A DNA stretch of 64,000 bases from Candidatus Heimdallarchaeota archaeon. Lineage in GTDB: Archaea > Asgardarchaeota > Heimdallarchaeia > Heimdallarchaeales > Heimdallarchaeaceae. A model generated the notes under the pieces. The model saw only the letters and a program-made list of their open reading frames with translations, was not told the DNA's origin and did no database searches. Shown one piece after another: positions 59,119 through 64,000 of the stretch (its first letter is position 1; each line of letters opens with the position of its first letter). The DNA is taken from contig JABCTC010000001.1 of the NCBI GenBank assembly GCA_018238545.1, positions 32,001 through 96,000 of the forward strand, written 5' to 3'. The position numbers and the translations under genes are program-made.

Positions 59119-61866
59119 ATGAATAGACAGAATTTAATGAAAACAACTTTCATTATTCTACTTTTGACACTTTCTATGATTGGGGTTTCTAATCAAGCTG
59201 CTCAAGCTCTAAATTACACTCAAGACCCCTCTACTGAAGAAGTGCAACAAGTAGCAACTGAACCGGCACAAGATCAAATAGGATTGCAAGACGCGGCTGA
59301 TACAATTGAAATCTGGATTGTGCAAGATTTTGTGATAACGGTATATGATTTGGCATTGATGGAATGTCATGTGCTAAGTCTTTATGGAATTGAAATTGAA
59401 GCGGATATAGAAGTATGGATACAATATGACAATGGTAGTGTTTTCCTTATCTATCAAGAATCAAGAATACTGTTTCCTTACTTGGAATATATCTTTAATG
59501 TAAATCATACTTTCACGTTAGTAGGTTTCCATTTAGTTAATCTCAAAGTAATGGATATAACAAATAATCAAGAAGTTACAACAGAGTGCCAATGGGAAGT
59601 TATTGATGGTTACGTAGAACTAGCTATTATTCAAGACTACGAAGCTCAAGTCGGAATAGAGGTTAAGATGGAATTTTATATCTATAATGGGTATCCAGTA
59701 GCAAGGGAATATTTCATTGAAGTATTTCTTGATGATGGTTCGGGTCCAATACAAATACATATTGAAACGACAATTATTGCAGCATATGATGTACTGATAA
59801 TAGTAGTTTACTGGACCTTTTCTGTAGCGGGATATTATGAGGTAATGCTAAGAGTTGCTGATGTACCTGAAACAAATGAATGGTTTTCTTATTGCCACTG
59901 GGAGGTTATGGATGGTTTCATAGATATAATAATTGAGCAAAATTATGAAGCATGGATTGGCATTGAGGAAAGGATACAGTTCTGGGTTTACAACTACTAT
60001 GCTATCGATATTACTGCTGACATCTCTGTTTGGATTGACAACGGAACACATGTAATTCAGATATGTTCTAGAACGGATGTAGTAATATATGCTGGAACGT
60101 ATTTTGTGGATGAAATTTTCTACACATTCATCTATGAAGGATTCTGGGAACTTTATGTAGAAGTTTTTGTAATTGAACTCGATATTACGTGGATAGAATT
60201 TTGTCCAGAAGGATGGTATGTTTATGGTGGGTTCATAGATGTTTGGATCTACCAACGGTACGAAGTTTTCATTCTTGAAGAAGCTATAATGTATTGTTGG
60301 GTCATAAGTAATTACGCAGTTGATCGTGATATAGCTATTGAAGTGTGGATAAGTAATGCAACGCATAACATCTTGATATATGGAGAAACTATGGTTATTA
60401 CTCCTGGAGAAATGTATAACTTCACGGTATTTTGGACGTTCTTTTACGTGGATTATTGGGATGTAAAACTAGTTGTTATTGATTTATTCTCAGGAGAGCT
60501 GTATGTTGACTACTGTTATTGGTATGTTTATGGAGGATATTTTGATCTCTATATTTACCAAGAATACTATGGATTAATCTCTGAAGATCTCTGGATGAGA
60601 TTTGAGATATATAATTACTACGAAGTAGATAAGACCGTAGAAATTGAAATACTCATCTTCGATGGTGTAAATTATGTTCAAGTGTATTATATTGTGGACA
60701 TTGTCAACTCACTTACATTTTGGATCTTGGATCTTTGTTACATATTTGAAGCCGCTGGATATTATGACGTGATACTAATTGTGACGGAAGTGGATACGGG
60801 AGAAGTGTGGATAGAATATTGTTGGTGGTACATCTATGCTGAATATCTAGATATCTGGATTGTCCAAGATATGGAAGCTTCAGTTGGTGAAGAGGTCCTT
60901 ATGGAATTCTGGATAGTAAACTACTACTCAATTGAAATGGATTTGACAGTTCAAGTATGGATAAATGATGGAACGGATAATGTCTTAGTTTATACTGACA
61001 CCTCGGTGATAATTGCAGCTAATGGTATTTACTCATTCACGTTGCCTTATACATTCTTATACGCAGGATTTTACACCATAACCTTAATTGTAATAGATGT
61101 AACAGGTGCTCAATGGTTTGAATACTGTAGATGGGATGTCTATGATGGATTCATTGATGTCTGGATAATTCAAGACTATGAAGCTGTTGTAGGACAAGAA
61201 GTATGGATGGTATTCTACGCACAGAGTTACTATGGATATGATGTACCCATCTATATAGAAGTGAGAATAGACACGGGATACGGAATTATAATACTTTATT
61301 CAGACACCTTAGATATACTAGCTGGTCAACTACTAATGTGGAATCTAAGTTATATATTCTTGGACCCAGGAATATTCCAAATCTACTTTGTAATTGTTGA
61401 ATTACAAACGGGTAATGTTTGGACTGCAGAATGTCGCTGGTATATCCACGATGATGGCTGGTTAGACATATGGATTGAACAAGGCTTCTATGGAGAAGTA
61501 GGAATAAACTATACTATGCAGTTTGGTGTGGGTAATCTGTTCTCAATAGATAAGAATCTGAATCTTGTAGTAAAAATAGTTCAAGGAGCTGACTCTTGGA
61601 TAGCGCATAATGAAACGAAATTGGTATTATCGATGACAACCTATGACTTCTACGTCTATTGGGTATTTGTGAACGAAGGTTGGTATGACGTTTACTTCAT
61701 AGTTACTGATGTCACCACTGGAACCGTTAAAATAGTTGATTGCTGGTGGAAGATCGAGAAACCCGTTATACCTGAATTCGGTGTCATAACTCTATTACCG
61801 TTACTAGGCGCTCTTTCTGCAGCGGTTTATTTAGCATTCAGAAGGAAAAGAAAACTAACTCACTAA
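59119..61866 (+). CDS. Surface protein with eight ~102 aa tandem repeats and a PEFG-CTERM-like sorting signal
   Basis: Signal peptide; repeated IWIxQ...CxW units; IPEFG plus TM plus RRKRK; start may be 59119 or 59137. Confidence 0.85.
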   Translation: MNRQNLMKTTFIILLLTLSMIGVSNQAAQALNYTQDPSTEEVQQVATEPAQDQIGLQDAADTIEIWIVQDFVITVYDLALMECHVLSLYGIEIEADIEVWIQYDNGSVFLIYQESRILFPYLEYIFNVNHTFTLVGFHLVNLKVMDITNNQEVTTECQWEVIDGYVELAIIQDYEAQVGIEVKMEFYIYNGYPVAREYFIEVFLDDGSGPIQIHIETTIIAAYDVLIIVVYWTFSVAGYYEVMLRVADVPETNEWFSYCHWEVMDGFIDIIIEQNYEAWIGIEERIQFWVYNYYAIDITADISVWIDNGTHVIQICSRTDVVIYAGTYFVDEIFYTFIYEGFWELYVEVFVIELDITWIEFCPEGWYVYGGFIDVWIYQRYEVFILEEAIMYCWVISNYAVDRDIAIEVWISNATHNILIYGETMVITPGEMYNFTVFWTFFYVDYWDVKLVVIDLFSGELYVDYCYWYVYGGYFDLYIYQEYYGLISEDLWMRFEIYNYYEVDKTVEIEILIFDGVNYVQVYYIVDIVNSLTFWILDLCYIFEAAGYYDVILIVTEVDTGEVWIEYCWWYIYAEYLDIWIVQDMEASVGEEVLMEFWIVNYYSIEMDLTVQVWINDGTDNVLVYTDTSVIIAANGIYSFTLPYTFLYAGFYTITLIVIDVTGAQWFEYCRWDVYDGFIDVWIIQDYEAVVGQEVWMVFYAQSYYGYDVPIYIEVRIDTGYGIIILYSDTLDILAGQLLMWNLSYIFLDPGIFQIYFVIVELQTGNVWTAECRWYIHDDGWLDIWIEQGFYGEVGINYTMQFGVGNLFSIDKNLNLVVKIVQGADSWIAHNETKLVLSMTTYDFYVYWVFVNEGWYDVYFIVTDVTTGTVKIVDCWWKIEKPVIPEFGVITLLPLLGALSAAVYLAFRRKRKLTH

Positions 61867-61867
61867 T

Positions 61868-61895
61868 CTCTTTTTCTTTTTTTCTTTTTTATTTT
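61868..61895 (+). terminator. T-rich archaeal terminator
   Basis: Several T5-T7 tracts directly after the stop. Confidence 0.6.
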
Positions 61896-61910
61896 AATAA
61901 TTTCTAATAC

Positions 61911-61997
61911 CATTGCAATAGATCTTTAAAATTCGTTTTTCGCTTGATTCTATCTTATATGGCGGACTAAAATGATAAGATTTTTTGTAACAGGATC
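61911..61997 (+). repeat. Orphan copy of the promoter and first codons of gene 62892
   Basis: 74/87 ungapped match to 62831-62917; encodes MIRFFVTGS then stop. Confidence 0.9.
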
Positions 61998-62138
61998 TTG
62001 AAGAAGTGTAAGTAATTCTTCAAATGTAGGTTCTTCCTCTTCTTTCCACATAGCGAACAATTTTTCTTTCACAGTTTATAACTATTATTCAGATTCTATT
62101 AAGTGAAAGAATTTTTATATTAAGATTGTGAGTAGAAG

Positions 62139-62465
62139 ATGATTAGATTGACAACCATTGAATCAAAAGAAGATGATAAGGTTACTCTTTATCTAGAAAC
62201 TTTAAGGAAATATCAAGAAGAAATCGAACAAAAGTTCAAAGTTAACTATCTAGGTATTTTTGGTTCATTTGTTAGGTCCGAGCAGAAAGAATGTAGTGAT
62301 ATTGATATTTTAGTTGAATTCTTTGAAACTCCTAGTCTATTTCAATTTATTCGATTAGAAAACTACTTGAGTGAAATACTAGAAATAAAAGTAGATTTGG
62401 TAATGAAAGAAGCTCTCAAACACAACATAGGAAAGAGGATTCTCAAGGAGGTTATAGAAGTATGA
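62139..62465 (+). CDS. mntA: Minimal nucleotidyltransferase antitoxin
   Basis: FGSFVR, SDIDILVEF and KVDLV motifs. Confidence 0.92.
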   Translation: MIRLTTIESKEDDKVTLYLETLRKYQEEIEQKFKVNYLGIFGSFVRSEQKECSDIDILVEFFETPSLFQFIRLENYLSEILEIKVDLVMKEALKHNIGKRILKEVIEV

Positions 62466-62827
62466 ATTCTAAACGAATATACAGTGATTATTTAGAAGAC
62501 ATTATTGAATCAATTTTGAAAATTGAGGAATTTACAAAAGACATGAACTACATTCAATTCAAAGATGATTCAAAGACATCATATGCAGTCATTCGAGCTT
62601 TTGAAATTATCGGAGAAGCAGCAAAAAAAATCCCAAATGAAATAAAGTACAAATATGCAAATCTCCCATGGAAAGAAATAGCAGGAATGAGAGATAAGCT
62701 AATACATGCATATTTTGGTGTGAATCTAGAAGTGGTCTGGAAAACAGTAATACAAGATATTCCTCATTTGAAACCTTTAGTTCTGGAAGTCATAAATGAG
62801 GAGAAAAAAGACAAAAACTCATCATAA
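62462..62827 (+). CDS. hepT: HEPN (DUF86/HepT) toxin
   Basis: EIIGEA and MRDKLIHAYF (RX4H) motifs. Confidence 0.92.
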   Translation: MNSKRIYSDYLEDIIESILKIEEFTKDMNYIQFKDDSKTSYAVIRAFEIIGEAAKKIPNEIKYKYANLPWKEIAGMRDKLIHAYFGVNLEVVWKTVIQDIPHLKPLVLEVINEEKKDKNSS

Positions 62828-62891
62828 TGACAATACAATAAATTTTTAAAATTCATTTTTTGTTTGATTCTATCTTATATGGTGAACTAAA

Positions 62892-63848
62892 ATGAAAAAA
62901 TATTTTGTAACTGGATCGTATGGCCAAATAGGCATGGATTTGATTCCCGCAATGTTAGAACGTTATGGAAAAGAAAACGTTGTAGCCACTGGCCGAAAAA
63001 AGATTAATCCTACATTCAAAGAATTAGATGTTATCTATCACCGTTTAGACGTTAGGGATGAGTATGGTCTTCGAAATCTGTTAGTTGAATATGATATTGA
63101 TATCATCTTACATAATGCTTCAGTTTTATCTGCAACTGGTGAGAAAAATCCTCAGTTAGCTCATTCAATAAACTTTGAAGGTTTTTATAACGTTCTAGAA
63201 GCATCTAGAGAATTAAACATTGAGCAGCTATTTGTTCCCTCCTCTATCGCTGCTTTTGGACCCACGACCCCCTTGGTGAATACCCCTAATACAACTATAA
63301 TGGAACCCTCTAGTATTTACGGGATTTCGAAAGTTTATATTGAATTAATGGGTAGTTATTATAACAAAAAATATGGTCTGAATTTCAGGAGCTTAAGATA
63401 TCCTGGTGTTCTAAGTCCTGAAGAACCAGGAGGTGGCACAACAGATTATGCTATCTGGATTTTCTATGAAGCTCTCAAGAACATGAAATATACTTGTTTC
63501 TTAAGTGCAGACGTTACCTTGCCTATGATGATGATGTCAGACTGCTTAAAATCAACTTTTGACTTGATAGAAGCTGATGATTCCAAGCTCAAACATCGAT
63601 CATTTAATGTTACAGGTATGAGTTTCAATCCAGAAGAACTAGCCAATGAAATCAACAAATACCTCCCTGATTTCAAAATCGATTATGAGCCTGATTTCCG
63701 CGATGCTCTCGCTCGTTCTTGGCCTCAATCACTTGATGATAGTGTTGCAAGAGAAGAATGGGGTTGGGAACCTGAGTTGCCTTTTGAGAAAATGGTTCCA
63801 GCTATGTTAGATGGTGTTAGTGAGAGATTAGGTATTTCTTACAAATAA
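62892..63848 (+). CDS. tdh: L-threonine 3-dehydrogenase (SDR epimerase type)
   Basis: GSYGQIG, LSATGE, PSSIAAFG, YGISK, GGGTTDYA and SWP motifs. Confidence 0.9.
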   Translation: MKKYFVTGSYGQIGMDLIPAMLERYGKENVVATGRKKINPTFKELDVIYHRLDVRDEYGLRNLLVEYDIDIILHNASVLSATGEKNPQLAHSINFEGFYNVLEASRELNIEQLFVPSSIAAFGPTTPLVNTPNTTIMEPSSIYGISKVYIELMGSYYNKKYGLNFRSLRYPGVLSPEEPGGGTTDYAIWIFYEALKNMKYTCFLSADVTLPMMMMSDCLKSTFDLIEADDSKLKHRSFNVTGMSFNPEELANEINKYLPDFKIDYEPDFRDALARSWPQSLDDSVAREEWGWEPELPFEKMVPAMLDGVSERLGISYK

Positions 63849-63948
63849 TCCTTCCTTTCTTCTATTTTTCTTTTTATTTACAATGGTTTAAAAATGCCTA
63901 TGAGCTAATTTCAGGAGAAGAAGTTAAATTCTTCAGGGGCATTTCAAC

Positions 63949-64000
63949 ATGAAAAAAGGCTGGAAAATCGTTTTAGGGATTTCATTAGGATTAATTTTTA
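63949..64000 (+). CDS. Start of a secreted or membrane protein cut by the window edge
   Basis: MKKGWKIVLGISLGLIF, open to the end. Confidence 0.5.
   Translation, partial: MKKGWKIVLGISLGLIF

Overview
AT-rich archaeal chromosomal window, most likely from an Asgard archaeon (inferred from aCPSF1/FttA, the Nop2-Nip7 pair, and longin, DENN-like and Arf-family genes). It runs from a housekeeping RNA-processing cluster (1-6.4 kb) through a toxin-antitoxin (TA) array (12.0-16.5 kb) to many secreted, membrane and eukaryote-like trafficking proteins. No rRNA, tRNA, CRISPR array, integrase or transposase was recognised. Two patterns stand out. (1) Two related ~1.43 kb elements carry only a tnpB gene with a Fanzor-like rearranged RuvC site and are bounded by ~32 bp terminal inverted repeats with TA at both ends, which is not the canonical IS200/IS605 layout. 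(2) At four loci, cargo (mostly TA pairs) sits between an intact gene end and a diverged orphan copy of the same gene end; in the large TA array the cassettes are separated by relic copies of one anchor gene's terminator. This suggests additive cassette capture without an integrase. Also notable: a three-part chimeric antitoxin, a probable mu-homology-domain protein, an orphan EhpF-like enzyme and a gene with a probable ATA start missed by the ORF track. All family calls are by eye, without database searches.
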